A DNA stretch of 64,000 nucleotides from Candidatus Nealsonbacteria bacterium (GCA_016186485.1 JACPLN010000003.1:23305-87304); one strand, 5' to 3'. Counted from the first letter of the stretch, positions 39,101 through 49,729 are shown. Program-made: numbers and translations. The notes: generated by a model not told the origin, from the letters alone.

Positions 39101-40186
39101 CTATCCCAATAGCCTGATTGAAACTCCTATGACAGCGGCGATAATGCCAATAATCCAAAAACGCATTGTTATCTGATAATGCGGCCAGCCTTTAGCTTCC
39201 AGGTGCAAATGCAGAGGAGCCGCCATCAATATTTTCTTTTTCCTTATTTTTTTTGATAAAAGCTGGGTAATTACAGACCAAGATTCGGCAACCAATAGAA
39301 TTCCTATAATCGGGAGGACAACGACTGAGTCCGTCAAAAAAGCAATCACGGTTAAAGCAGATGTTAGTCCCATTATTCCGGTTTCCCCCATATAAAATTT
39401 TGCCGGTGGGATATTAAACCAGAGAAAAGCCAATAGGGTTCCAAAAATTATAGCGCTGAAAGCCGCAATGTCTACTTGCCCTAAAAATAGGGCGATAGCG
39501 GAAAATGCTCCGAAGATAAAAGCAAAAGCGCCCCCGGCCAAACCATCTAAACCATCAATTACTCCTCCGGAATAGGTTGCCATTGTAACCAAAACGAAAA
39601 AAGGAATATACAGCGATCCGATATATATATCTCCGTTTCCCGGAATATGAATTGTTGACCAGCCAAGCTTTTCAAAGAACCACCATCCTCCGGCCAACCC
39701 TATAAAAGCCATTAAGAGCAGTCTGTGCCTTAAGTTTAAGCCCCCTCCGTCGTGTTTTCCTTTCCCTAAAACCTGCAAAAAATCATCAGCCAGGCCAACC
39801 AAAGCAGCGGTTCCCAGGGCAAAAAGCGGCAGCCAGGTTTGAGAACGGCTTAAAAAGTTTAATTTTTGAAAAAACCAAATATCGCTTCTGGAAAAGATAT
39901 AAAAAAGCGAAGCAAGAATTAAAGGCGTTGCTAAGACCAAAATTCCTCCAAATCTAGGAATTTGAATCTCCCCCTGGGAATGAAATTTTTGAAAAACCGG
40001 TAAATTGCCACCCCCCAAAGCTTCTTTTCTGACCTCTTTTCTCCAAAGCTTGTATTTATAAAGAGATTTGATTAAAGGGTTCGCCAGTAAAAAAGCTAGG
40101 ATAAAAGCGCTAGCTCCAAGCGTCAGAACCTTAATAAGGCTTATGACAGTTTCCGGGGTAGCATAAAAAATATTACTACCAATCAT
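39101..40186 (-). CDS. mraY: Phospho-MurNAc-pentapeptide transferase
   Basis: PRFGG, GLADD, DGLDGL, FNIPPAKFYMGE, MAAPLHLH.E. Confidence 0.92.
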   Translation of the reverse strand: MIGSNIFYATPETVISLIKVLTLGASAFILAFLLANPLIKSLYKYKLWRKEVRKEALGGGNLPVFQKFHSQGEIQIPRFGGILVLATPLILASLFYIFSRSDIWFFQKLNFLSRSQTWLPLFALGTAALVGLADDFLQVLGKGKHDGGGLNLRHRLLLMAFIGLAGGWWFFEKLGWSTIHIPGNGDIYIGSLYIPFFVLVTMATYSGGVIDGLDGLAGGAFAFIFGAFSAIALFLGQVDIAAFSAIIFGTLLAFLWFNIPPAKFYMGETGIMGLTSALTVIAFLTDSVVVLPIIGILLVAESWSVITQLLSKKIRKKKILMAAPLHLHLEAKGWPHYQITMRFWIIGIIAAVIGVSIRLLG

Positions 40187-41162
40187 ATGATTCTTGAACC
40201 CAGTTAACTAGTTTTTTCATTTCTTCAAATCGGTCTTGGGATCCCAAAATAACATTTATCAAATATCCTTTTCCTTTCGGAGCCTCTAATACTAAAATAA
40301 GGCAGCCTTTTGCGCTTGGAGTCCAGCCGGTTTTCCCCCCGATAATTCTATCCCGCCAGGGTTCTTGAGAATCAAGCAATTCATTTGTGCTGACGAGCTT
40401 GTGATGAAATACTCCTGTAGGAGAAAAAAGATCGTATTCTTTTTTTTGAAGAATTGTCCAGAAAATCGGATTCGCCAAAAGCTCCTTAACAAACCCGGAT
40501 AAGTCTTGGGCCGAAGAGTAATTAATAGGACCTTGTTCCTCGTCGGGATCCAAGCCTGTGAAATTAACAAAATAAGTGTTTTCCAAACCAAGAAATCTTG
40601 AAGCGGAATTCATTAATTCTAAAAAATGGTCTTTGTTAATATTTTCTGCCAGAACATAAGCGGCATCGTTAGAAGATTCCATTAAAAGCAAATAGAGAAG
40701 GTTTTCTACGGATAGCCTCTCCCCTATTTTTAATTGTCCGAAATCTTCTTCCTCTCTCACCGCCTCTTCCGAAACCCTTAATATCTGATCAAGATTATAA
40801 TTTTTTAGAGCAGTGTATGCAGTCATTAATTTTGTGAGAGAAGCTATGGCAAGTTTTCTTTCAGGGCTTTTTTGAAAAAGGATTTTATCCTGAAAAGCAG
40901 GATTACTGGGAAAAAATAATGAAATAGCGGACTTAGCCCCTATTTGAAGGCCTTCTCCTTGATTATTTTTAAACGGTTTTGATCCAAGCAGGTAATTATT
41001 AAGACTTACTTCCGCGGTCAAAGCAGATAAAAACCTGCTATTGCTTGCCATTTCATGCCAAAACAGAAAATTATTTAAATAATAGTTAAGAGCATTTGCC
41101 CCAAATCCAAGGGCAAAACTTGCTGCAAAACCTAGAAATAAAAATTTAACCCTGGATTTCAT
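40176..41162 (-). CDS. dacA: D-Ala-D-Ala carboxypeptidase (S11)
   Basis: ASLTKLMT, SSN, GKTG motifs. Confidence 0.9.
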   Translation of the reverse strand: MKSRVKFLFLGFAASFALGFGANALNYYLNNFLFWHEMASNSRFLSALTAEVSLNNYLLGSKPFKNNQGEGLQIGAKSAISLFFPSNPAFQDKILFQKSPERKLAIASLTKLMTAYTALKNYNLDQILRVSEEAVREEEDFGQLKIGERLSVENLLYLLLMESSNDAAYVLAENINKDHFLELMNSASRFLGLENTYFVNFTGLDPDEEQGPINYSSAQDLSGFVKELLANPIFWTILQKKEYDLFSPTGVFHHKLVSTNELLDSQEPWRDRIIGGKTGWTPSAKGCLILVLEAPKGKGYLINVILGSQDRFEEMKKLVNWVQESYDW

Positions 41163-42562
41163 GATTTGCCCTTTTTCTTTTTAGATATTTTTATGCTTAG
41201 CTCTTTTAACTGTTCTTCCGTTACCAAAGACGGGGTATCCATCATGGGATCCCTGCTATCTCCTGTTTTTGGAAAAGCAATTACTTCTCTGATATTCGGC
41301 TCATTTTGCAAAATCATCATCAATCTATCAATTCCTGGGGCTATTCCGCCGTGGGGCGGAACGCCGTATTCAAATGCCTCTAAAAGGTGGCCGAATTTTC
41401 CCTTGGCGTCACTTTCATCCATGCCCAATAGCTTAAATACCTTCATTTGAAGAACAGGATCTGTAATTCTAATGCTGCCGCTAGCCAATTCGTATCCGTT
41501 GCAAACCCAGTCATACTGGGTGCTAACCATTTTTAATGGTTCCTTGTCTAGAAACGAAACGCTTTCTTTTTGGGGCTGAACAAACATATGATGAACGGGC
41601 TGGATTTCACCGGTTTGCTTATCTAATTCAAAGGAGGGAAAATTGACAATCCAGGCAAAAGCAATTTCGTCCGGATCGTTTTTATTTTCTCTGATATCGG
41701 GCTTATCCGTGCCGTATTTTTTAATAGAGTCCTGATAGTTGATTATCGGCCAGGGAACAATAGTTTTTTTATTAGGATAAAGTTTTTTCATCATTTCAGA
41801 TATTAGATTTTCTAAAAGCGACATAACGTCGTTTTGTTCTACAAAAGACATTTCAATATCTAATTGTGTATGCTCTGCCTGTCTGTCTCCCCTGGTATCC
41901 TCATCTCTGAGAGCTCTGGCAATCTGGAAATATCGCTCAATGCCAGCAACCATTAGAAGCTGCTTGTATTGCTGGGGGCTTTGGGGAAGAGCGTAAAATT
42001 TGCCTGGATACAATCTGGATGGAACCAAAAAGTCCCTAGCCCCTTCAGGAGTAGATTTTGTAAGAAGAGGAGTTTCTATTTCAATAAAACCTTCTTTTTG
42101 GAGGAATTCTCTCATAAAGGCAGTAACTCTTTGGCGGGCTATTAAGTTTTTTCTTAGCCTTCCTCTTCTTAAGTCCAAATAACGGTATTTTAACCTTTTT
42201 TCTTCTCCTATTTCGTATCCGTCTTCCTCAATTGAAAAGGGCAAAGTTTTTGCTTCTGACAAAATTTCTATCTTCTCTGCCTCAATCTCAACCTTCCCGG
42301 TTTCAAGCTTAGGATTTATCATTCCTTGGGGCCTTTCTTTAACCGTTCCCTCAAGGCAAATAACCCACTCTGGCCTTATTTTTTGCGCTTGAGAATAAGC
42401 TTTTTCATTCTGCGGAGTAACAACAATTTGCGATAAACCGCTAATATCCCTTAAATCAATAAAGATAATTTTCCCGTGGGACCTTATTGTTTGGGCCCAG
42501 CCCTGAAGTTTTACCGTTTTTCCCAGATATTTAGTTGTGTCTGCGTTAAACACTCTTTCCAT
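41159..42562 (-). CDS. aspS: Aspartate--tRNA ligase (short, lacks the GAD insertion)
   Basis: FIDLRD, YRYLDLR, TPEGARDF, LPQSPQQYKQ, PPHGGIA.GIDR. Confidence 0.95.
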   Translation of the reverse strand: MERVFNADTTKYLGKTVKLQGWAQTIRSHGKIIFIDLRDISGLSQIVVTPQNEKAYSQAQKIRPEWVICLEGTVKERPQGMINPKLETGKVEIEAEKIEILSEAKTLPFSIEEDGYEIGEEKRLKYRYLDLRRGRLRKNLIARQRVTAFMREFLQKEGFIEIETPLLTKSTPEGARDFLVPSRLYPGKFYALPQSPQQYKQLLMVAGIERYFQIARALRDEDTRGDRQAEHTQLDIEMSFVEQNDVMSLLENLISEMMKKLYPNKKTIVPWPIINYQDSIKKYGTDKPDIRENKNDPDEIAFAWIVNFPSFELDKQTGEIQPVHHMFVQPQKESVSFLDKEPLKMVSTQYDWVCNGYELASGSIRITDPVLQMKVFKLLGMDESDAKGKFGHLLEAFEYGVPPHGGIAPGIDRLMMILQNEPNIREVIAFPKTGDSRDPMMDTPSLVTEEQLKELSIKISKKKKGKS

Positions 42563-42587
42563 ATTAATAAATTATATAGGATTTTAT

Positions 42588-43028
42588 TTATTTTTCCAGC
42601 AGAATATAGTCTTTACCCTCATCGTAAAAATCAGGCAAGTCTGCCCTGTTTTTAAAACCAAGGGAATTAAATAATTTCTTTGATGAGAGATTGTGGTCTT
42701 CTACGGCTACCTGTATTTTTTTGATTTTCTTTTTTGGCTGGTTCAAAATCCTTTTTACAAGGGCCCTAGCGATCCCTTGCCTTCTAAACTTTGGGTGAAC
42801 AAAAATTGTGTCAATATATAGATTGCCCTGTTGGGTTTTGAAGGCAACTATGCCGCCGACTATTTTTCCTGCTACGGTTGCTTTTTCCGCCCACATAAAT
42901 TCTGAAGCCACATTCCAAAACCAATTAGCGTAATCGTGCCAGCTGGAGTCGTAGCAAGCGCATTCAAGCTTGGAAATGGCTATTGAATCTTCAAGCCTAG
43001 CTTTTTCTATTTTAAATTTATTCTTCAT
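42588..43028 (-). CDS. GNAT N-acetyltransferase (RimI-like)
   Basis: VHPKFRRQGIA acetyl-CoA motif; N......F..LGF. Confidence 0.85.
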   Translation of the reverse strand: MKNKFKIEKARLEDSIAISKLECACYDSSWHDYANWFWNVASEFMWAEKATVAGKIVGGIVAFKTQQGNLYIDTIFVHPKFRRQGIARALVKRILNQPKKKIKKIQVAVEDHNLSSKKLFNSLGFKNRADLPDFYDEGKDYILLEK

Positions 43029-44069
43029 GACATTTCTTTTTCTATTTCTAAAAGCCGATTATATTTTATTAATCTTTCTGGCCGGGTTGGAGCGCCGGCT
43101 TTAATAAAATCTGCGTCAATTCCCACGGCAAAATCAGCTATGAAGTCGTCCATAGTTTCACCTGACCTATGGGAAACCATTATTTTCCAGCCGTAAGATT
43201 TCGCTAACTTAGCAGCTTCTATCGCCTCGGTTACTGTTCCAACCTGATTGATTTTTATGATCACCCCGTTGCAGGCATTCCTCTTTTTCGCCAGCCTTAT
43301 TCTTTTGGGATTAGTCACCAACAAATCGTCCCCGATAATCAGCACTTTTTTAAGCTTTGAACCTAACATTTTCCACCCTTCCCAATCGTCTTGTGCGAAA
43401 GGGTCTTCAAGGCCGATAATAGGATATTTTTTCACGATACCCGAATAATAATTAACAAGACCTTCTTTGTTGAAGCGTTTCCCTGCAATGCCGTAAAATC
43501 CTTTTTTGTAAAACTGGGAAGCGGCGCAATCTAAAATGACCCTGATGTCGTTTTTCCCCCAGATCGCCTCTGAAATAAGACTTAGGGCTTCCTCTGAGGT
43601 TTTTACGGGAAGAGAAAGCCCTCCCTCGTCTCCCATTTTTACTACCCCAAACCTTTTTTCAGCTATTTTTGTTAATTTCTCGGAAATATCTTTGCCGGTT
43701 TGAAAATTATCTCTAAACCTCTTTTTTCGGGGAACTACCATAAACTCCTGGATGTCCAATTCATTATCTGCATGAGCCCCTCCGTTGATGATATTGAATG
43801 CCGGCAAGGGCAAAGTTAGTTAATTTATCTATTATTTTTTGTTTTACAGGATCTTTGCCCCAAAGATTCTTGGCAATAACCTCATTAACATTATGAATTG
43901 CTTTTGGGGCCTTTATGGCCACCGCCTCATATTTGCCCCTGGAAGCGCCCGATGGCGCGGAAGAATAAAACACACCATTTGTGGTGTGTAATTCAATTTC
44001 TATGGTAGGATTCCTCCTGGAATCAAAAATATTCCTTGCCGAAACTTTTTTTATTTTAGCATTAGACAT
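43025..44069 (-). pseudogene. eno: Enolase split by an internal deletion/frameshift near 43815
   Basis: N-part (DSRRNPT, PSGAS) in 43764-44069; C-part (NIINGGAH, QEFM, GDEGG, SHRSGET) in 43025-43813; GANAILGVS segment absent. Confidence 0.8.
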
Positions 44070-44933
44070 CTAAATAAAAACTTCGGGAATTGCTTCAATC
44101 AAGTCTGTGGCCAAAAGCCCGTCTCTTTTTCTTTTAGCGGCAATTTCTCCTGCCTTTCCGTTAATAAAGGCCGCTGCCTGTCCGGCAGAAAACGGATCTA
44201 GTCCTCTTGCCATAAAAGCCCCGGCAATGCCGGCCAAAGTATCGCCAGTTCCGCCTTTTGTCATATAAACAGAACCAGTCTTGTTGGAGGCTATTTCTTT
44301 CCCGTTGGAAATAAAATCGGTATGCCCCTTAAGCAAAATTGTTGTGCCCAGCCTTTCCGCCTCTTCCTTAACCAATTTCTCTTTTTCTTCATCCGGTTTA
44401 CCGATTACCTCTTTTCCGGTTAGAACAAAAAATTCGTATCCATGAGGCGTAAAAATAAACGGTTTTCCTTTAAATACGTTAGAATTTTTTGCTACGGCAT
44501 GAATTGCGTCAGCGTCAACGACTGTAGGAATAGAAACTTTATTTAAAAACTCTAAAATTGTTTCTTGGGTTTCTTCAGATCTTCCTGTTCCTCCGCCAAT
44601 TACTATTGCCATGTTTCCTCTGGAAACGGCTTTTGCGCTCTCTGCCATAGAAAGCAAAATCGGCAAATGTTCCTTGTTTAGCCTTTCTCCTTTCAGCGGA
44701 TAAGCGGCTAAATTCGGAGAAAAAGAAGCAATAATGTCCGCCGCTCTTTTTGGAGCGATTACCCTTACCATATCTACGCCGGCTCTAAAAGCCGCAAAAG
44801 CAGTAAAAGCCGGGGAACCACTGTAGAACTCCGATCCTCCTATAACCAGTAAAAGCCCGAAATCGTACTTTTTTACATCCGGCCCCCTTTCTTTGTATAT
44901 ATCTTTTAAAATTTTGTTTGTTACTTCCATCAT
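44070..44933 (-). CDS. nnrD: ADP-dependent NAD(P)H-hydrate dehydratase
   Basis: IGGSEFYSGSP, VDADA, TPHGYEF, LKG, GGTGDTLAG. Confidence 0.9.
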   Translation of the reverse strand: MMEVTNKILKDIYKERGPDVKKYDFGLLLVIGGSEFYSGSPAFTAFAAFRAGVDMVRVIAPKRAADIIASFSPNLAAYPLKGERLNKEHLPILLSMAESAKAVSRGNMAIVIGGGTGRSEETQETILEFLNKVSIPTVVDADAIHAVAKNSNVFKGKPFIFTPHGYEFFVLTGKEVIGKPDEEKEKLVKEEAERLGTTILLKGHTDFISNGKEIASNKTGSVYMTKGGTGDTLAGIAGAFMARGLDPFSAGQAAAFINGKAGEIAAKRKRDGLLATDLIEAIPEVFI

Positions 44934-44939
44934 ATTTTT

Positions 44940-45818
44940 TTATAATTCCCTTATAAATTTATTAATTTCCGGCCCAAACCTGGGATGATTTAGGGCAAGA
45001 TAAATATTTGATTTTAAATAAGAAGCTATATCTCCGCATTCCAGCCATTTTCCGTCAATTTCGTTCCCATAAATAGTTTTGCCGGCCCGCAACATCTGCG
45101 AAAACGCATCGGCTAGAATTATTTCCCCTTTTTTATTTGGAGACGTCTTTGCCAAAAATTCAAAAACTTCGGGGGTTAAGATGTATTTTCCGACAATAGC
45201 TATATCGGATGGGGCGCGATCCTGAGACGGTTTTTCAACAATTTCTTTAATTTTGAAAATTCGGTTAGCTATTTTTTCAGCTCCGATGATGCCATAAGAA
45301 CTGATTTTTTCCCCGCCAACTCTTTTTAGGGCAATCACCGGTTTTTGAGAAGCTCTAAAAACATCAATTAATTGCTTTAATGCCGGCGTTTGGGAAATAA
45401 CGATGTCGTCTGCGAACAAGACGGCGCAAGGTTCCTTGCCAGCAAGCCTTTTTGCCTTCAACACAGCATGACCGTCGCCCAAAGCATCTTTTTCTTCTAC
45501 CAAAGAGAATTCCGTTTTTTCAAATAATTGGTTGAATTTTTGAAGCCTTAATAAAGATTCGTCTCTCTTTCTTTCTTTCAGCGTCTTTTCCAATTTCTTT
45601 GCGGGTTTTTTAAAATAGTCAACAATAAATCTCTTTTCTTTTGGGGCTATAAAAATGATATGGTTAATCCCCGAAGCAATCGCTTCCTCAATCACATACT
45701 GAACCATTGGTTTTTCAACTAAAATCCAGAGTTCCTTTGGTACAGCCCTTGAAGCCGGTAAAAACCTGGAAGCCAAACCGGCGATTGGTATAAGAGCCTT
45801 TTTAATTATAGAATCCAT
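44940..45818 (-). CDS. galU: UTP--glucose-1-phosphate uridylyltransferase
   Basis: KALIPIAGLASRFLPASRAVPKE, LGDGHAV, VEKP. Confidence 0.88.
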   Translation of the reverse strand: MDSIIKKALIPIAGLASRFLPASRAVPKELWILVEKPMVQYVIEEAIASGINHIIFIAPKEKRFIVDYFKKPAKKLEKTLKERKRDESLLRLQKFNQLFEKTEFSLVEEKDALGDGHAVLKAKRLAGKEPCAVLFADDIVISQTPALKQLIDVFRASQKPVIALKRVGGEKISSYGIIGAEKIANRIFKIKEIVEKPSQDRAPSDIAIVGKYILTPEVFEFLAKTSPNKKGEIILADAFSQMLRAGKTIYGNEIDGKWLECGDIASYLKSNIYLALNHPRFGPEINKFIREL

Positions 45819-47151
45819 CTTCCCGTTTTCTTCTTAAAAATGCGGGTATATCCCATTTCTTTTCTTCTTCCAGAATTTTTTCTTCAACTTCTTCGCTGTT
45901 TTTCTTGATATCCAAAGCCGTGCGCCTCGGCTTATCTTCTATTTTTACCTTTACAGGGCTTGGTTCTTCCGTTTTCTTTTCTTTTCTCGCGGGCCTAAAT
46001 GTTTTTTTGGATTTTGGCGATTTTCTTTTTATTCTAATTTTCTTTGGCTTTTCTTTCTTGTCCGCCGGCTTGTCCACAGATCCCTCCAGCATCTTCGGTT
46101 TTTGACGGTTTTCCGCCTTTAAAACGCTGCCCGCCATTAAAAGAACTACCTTTATTTTACCGTTATAATCCTTATCCTGGGAAATACCGAAAATTATCTT
46201 TGCCCTTCTGGAAAAATCAGTTATAGCCCTACTTATCTTTTCGGCCTCCTGCATTAAAAGGTCTTCGCCTGCAAAAATATTAAAAAGCACTTTTTCTCCC
46301 GAAAAATACTCGTTTCCATTACTGTTTGAAGTCTCTTTATTCCCACTGCTTAAAAAGCTGTAAAGCAAAAGCGGGTTATGGCAAATCTTTTTTGAAATGT
46401 CCTCTGCCCTGCTTTCTCCTTTAGATTCAATAGTGTTAAAAAATGCTAACCTTCCCCTGTCTTCAAGAATTGCTCTCAAATCAGCAAAGTCAATATTAAT
46501 TAAACCAGGCAGATAAATCATTTCAATTACCCCTTTTAAATTCTCAATCAAGATTTTATTTACGGCGGAAAATGCTGCTTGAAAAGGGGTTTTTTTGTCT
46601 ATAATATTAAAAATTCTTTCGTTGGGGATAACGCTGTAGATATTTAAATTCTGGGCAAGTTTTGACAGTGCCAATTTAGCGACATGGAGTTTTTTCTCGC
46701 CCTCAAATTTAAAAGGCAATGTAAAAATTCCGAAAATCGGAATATGCAAATCTCTTGCGATTTTGACAAATTCCGGAGCGGCCCCCGATCCCGTTCCTCC
46801 TCCAAGGCAAGAGATTAAAACAATAAGGTCTGCCCCATGAAAAATTTTAACAATCTTTTCCTTTTCCGATCTTGCGCATTTTTCCCCCAAATTCCTGTCC
46901 ATTCCGCATCCCAAACCACGAGTCAGGTCTTGGCCAAACTGAAAGCGTCTTACTCCTTTTGCAACAGACCTTAATGCCTGCGAATCTGTATTGGCTGCCG
47001 CAAAATTAGCTTTCTTTAATCCCTTGGAAAGCTCGGAAACTATTGAGTTTCCTCCTCCCCCAATGCCAACGATTAAAATTTTGGGCTGGCGGACTTTTAC
47101 CTCTAAATCTGCCTTTTTTGTGATCTTTATTTTCTTTTTCATAGTATGCAA
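45802..47151 (-). CDS. ftsZ: Cell division protein FtsZ
   Basis: GIGGGGN, NTDSQAL, GGGTGSG, INIDFADL, terminal DIPAFLR. Confidence 0.92.
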   Translation of the reverse strand: MHTMKKKIKITKKADLEVKVRQPKILIVGIGGGGNSIVSELSKGLKKANFAAANTDSQALRSVAKGVRRFQFGQDLTRGLGCGMDRNLGEKCARSEKEKIVKIFHGADLIVLISCLGGGTGSGAAPEFVKIARDLHIPIFGIFTLPFKFEGEKKLHVAKLALSKLAQNLNIYSVIPNERIFNIIDKKTPFQAAFSAVNKILIENLKGVIEMIYLPGLINIDFADLRAILEDRGRLAFFNTIESKGESRAEDISKKICHNPLLLYSFLSSGNKETSNSNGNEYFSGEKVLFNIFAGEDLLMQEAEKISRAITDFSRRAKIIFGISQDKDYNGKIKVVLLMAGSVLKAENRQKPKMLEGSVDKPADKKEKPKKIRIKRKSPKSKKTFRPARKEKKTEEPSPVKVKIEDKPRRTALDIKKNSEEVEEKILEEEKKWDIPAFLRRKREDGFYN

Positions 47152-47275
47152 TTATAATATAACTCCGTTTTCTTATTATATCAAGTCGATGGCAATCCCG
47201 AATAAGAAGATGTTGAAAATTTCCCCGAATTTAGGTATAAAAACAAAGGTCGTTGAAAATGGGGCTGAATAGTCA

Positions 47276-48115
47276 TTGGAATGGAAAATAGGAAAGTTTC
47301 TGGTTAGGCTTGCAATAAAGGATTATTTCAGCTTGGATGCCGGGATACTCTTCTCCGGAATACCGAAAGAGAAATGGATTAATTGGTGCCGCTACCCTTT
47401 TTATTTGGACGAGCAAAACAGAGTGCGCATTTCTGTAAATTGCTTTTTAATCAAAAGCGATCAAGGAAAAAGCGTCCTTGTGGACACTTCATTCGGGAAT
47501 ACGAATCTGTGGAAAGAAAATACAGTCAAGGCTTTTGATATGAAAAACGGATTTAACCTTTTCAAAGAAGGTCTGCCTCATCCGGATTTCATCATCCCTA
47601 CCCACCTTCATTTTGACCATGCCGGCGGATTTGTTGAAAAAACGGAGGAAAATCTGGTCCCCGCCTTTCCTGGCTCTCGCTATCTTATACATAACGACGA
47701 AATAAGGCATGCGTTTTCGGTCCATCCGAAAACACGTTCAAGCTATTTAAGGGAAACGATTGAAGGGGTCCGCCTGATTTCGGAAAACAGGCTTTTAGCG
47801 GGAATTATTTCTGGCAGGTTTGAACTTCTGCCTGGCCTCACTATCATAAAAACAAGGGGACACACTCCGGGCCATGTCTCAATTAAGATTCAATCCGAAG
47901 GAAAAACGGCCTTTATTCCCGGGGCTCTTTTCCCGACAAGATTCCACAGCCTGACTGCTTGCGGAGTAGGAAACGATACCCATGCTTTGGAAGCAGCAAA
48001 TCACAAAATCAGATTTATGAGGCAAGCGGCAAAGAAAAACTGGCTCTTTTTAATGGAACACGATCACGCAATAGCGGGCTTCATAACTGCCTATGAAGGA
48101 ATAAGAATTCCATAA
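47276..48115 (+). CDS. Metallo-beta-lactamase fold hydrolase (YtnP-like)
   Basis: THLHFDHAGG, GHTPGH, C-terminal HD. Confidence 0.85.
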   Translation: MEWKIGKFLVRLAIKDYFSLDAGILFSGIPKEKWINWCRYPFYLDEQNRVRISVNCFLIKSDQGKSVLVDTSFGNTNLWKENTVKAFDMKNGFNLFKEGLPHPDFIIPTHLHFDHAGGFVEKTEENLVPAFPGSRYLIHNDEIRHAFSVHPKTRSSYLRETIEGVRLISENRLLAGIISGRFELLPGLTIIKTRGHTPGHVSIKIQSEGKTAFIPGALFPTRFHSLTACGVGNDTHALEAANHKIRFMRQAAKKNWLFLMEHDHAIAGFITAYEGIRIP

Positions 48116-48167
48116 TAAAACCCCTAGGCGATAAAAATCACCAGGGGGTTCTTTTTTTAACTTTTTA

Positions 48168-49397
48168 TTATAATCTATAGCGGCGGCGGTTTCGCCCGGG
48201 ATAGTTTACGGAACGGGGCGGATTGAACTGAAGACGAAGCCCGAGTTCTTTAGAAAAACGATCGGGTGGAGAAGACACAGGAATGGTTTTTCTGATAAGA
48301 CGTTCAATGCTTTGGACTTCATTCCGCTCGTTTGGGAGAGCAAAAGAAATAGCGTGCCCCCCTCTTCCAGCGCGCCCTGTTCGTCCAATGCGATGGACGT
48401 AATCCTCGGCTCTAGACGGCAAATCGTAATTAATAACGGTTTCAATCTCTTTTACATCAATACCTCTAGACGCTATATCTGTCGCGACAAGCACTCGGTA
48501 GCGGCCAAAGCGAAAACCATCCAGCGCTTCTCTTCGTTGAGCGAGCGATCTATTGGAATGGATTTCGGCAGCGCTCTCGCCAAAAGCGCGAAGATCTCTT
48601 GCAATACGTCTTGCGCCGAATTTTGTCCTGGTAAAAATCAGGGTAGGACCGCGATGCTCTTTCAACAAAACGCTCAAAAGCCGGAGCTTTGCGGCCTTCT
48701 CAACGATATATATTTCCTGAATCACATTTTCTATGGTTGTCCCCGACGGCGCTACTTCAACGTTTACGGGAAGTTTCATGTAGTCTCCGGCAATTTTCAT
48801 TACTTCGGGCGGAATGGTTGCCGAAAAAAGCATTGTCTGGCGATTTTTTGGCACCGCCTGGAGAATACGCTTTATTTGCGGCAAAAATCCCATATCAAGC
48901 ATCCTATCCGCTTCGTCAATTACAAGAACCGATACCCTGTCAAGCCGAATATTTTTTTGCTGCAAGTGGTCTAAAAGCCTTCCGGGGGTCGCAATAATAA
49001 GGTGCGGTTTTTTGAAAAGCGCTTGGACCTGCGGCCTAATTGGCGTTCCCCCGATAAGCACGGCGCTGCGGAGTCCAAGGCTATTTCCCAGCTTCCGCAG
49101 CATCTCGTCAACCTGAAGCGCCAGTTCTCTTGTCGGCAACACCACAAGCCCTTGTCCTTTTGTTTGGGCAAGCCTTTGTATCATCGGAACGCCAAAAGCA
49201 AGCGTTTTCCCAGTACCAGTCTGGGCAATTCCCACAATATCTTTCCCCTGAATTGCAATGGGAATCGCCTGAGTTTGAATGGGAGTCGGAGCCTTAAAGC
49301 GAAAACGGGCAAGTATTTCCAAAAGCGCCGGGGCAATGCCCAAGCCATAAAAACTGCCTGCTATATTTTCGTTAGTTCGTTCTTGTGATGAACTCAT
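48168..49397 (-). CDS. DEAD-box RNA helicase (RhlE-like)
   Basis: Q motif, AQTGTGKT, PTREL, DEAD, SAT, HRIGRTGR. Confidence 0.95.
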   Translation of the reverse strand: MSSSQERTNENIAGSFYGLGIAPALLEILARFRFKAPTPIQTQAIPIAIQGKDIVGIAQTGTGKTLAFGVPMIQRLAQTKGQGLVVLPTRELALQVDEMLRKLGNSLGLRSAVLIGGTPIRPQVQALFKKPHLIIATPGRLLDHLQQKNIRLDRVSVLVIDEADRMLDMGFLPQIKRILQAVPKNRQTMLFSATIPPEVMKIAGDYMKLPVNVEVAPSGTTIENVIQEIYIVEKAAKLRLLSVLLKEHRGPTLIFTRTKFGARRIARDLRAFGESAAEIHSNRSLAQRREALDGFRFGRYRVLVATDIASRGIDVKEIETVINYDLPSRAEDYVHRIGRTGRAGRGGHAISFALPNERNEVQSIERLIRKTIPVSSPPDRFSKELGLRLQFNPPRSVNYPGRNRRRYRL

Positions 49398-49409
49398 ATA
49401 ATAATTTAA

Positions 49410-49664
49410 TTAACCGTGTCTTATTTTAAAAACCAGAACGGTTATAATAAGACAAAGAGAAATTAAATTTGCTATCATTATCGGTAAATTTTTTATCATC
49501 AAACCGTAAATCAGCCATAATAAAGACCCCGCTGTTATAATGGCATACATTGGCAAAGAAATATCCTTAGTGGTTTTTGTTTTAACGGTTTTTATTACCT
49601 GAGGGACAAAAGAAGAAGTTGTCAGTATTGCCGCCAGGAAACCTAATAAAGTTATCCAATTCAT
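49410..49664 (-). CDS. SemiSWEET (PQ-loop) transporter
   Basis: 84 aa, 3 TM segments, FVPQ..K...TKDIS...WLIYG...P...AN. Confidence 0.9.
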   Translation of the reverse strand: MNWITLLGFLAAILTTSSFVPQVIKTVKTKTTKDISLPMYAIITAGSLLWLIYGLMIKNLPIMIANLISLCLIITVLVFKIRHG

Positions 49665-49729
49665 ATATTTTAGTATACCTTAATTTTAAGAAATGAAAAA
49701 AGCGGGTTGAAGTTATCGCACCGCACTTA

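Noticed and set aside
48312-48974. 220-aa antisense ORF and other shadow ORFs in the track
   Set aside because: They lie opposite well-supported genes and have no motifs; they are expected by-products of codon bias.
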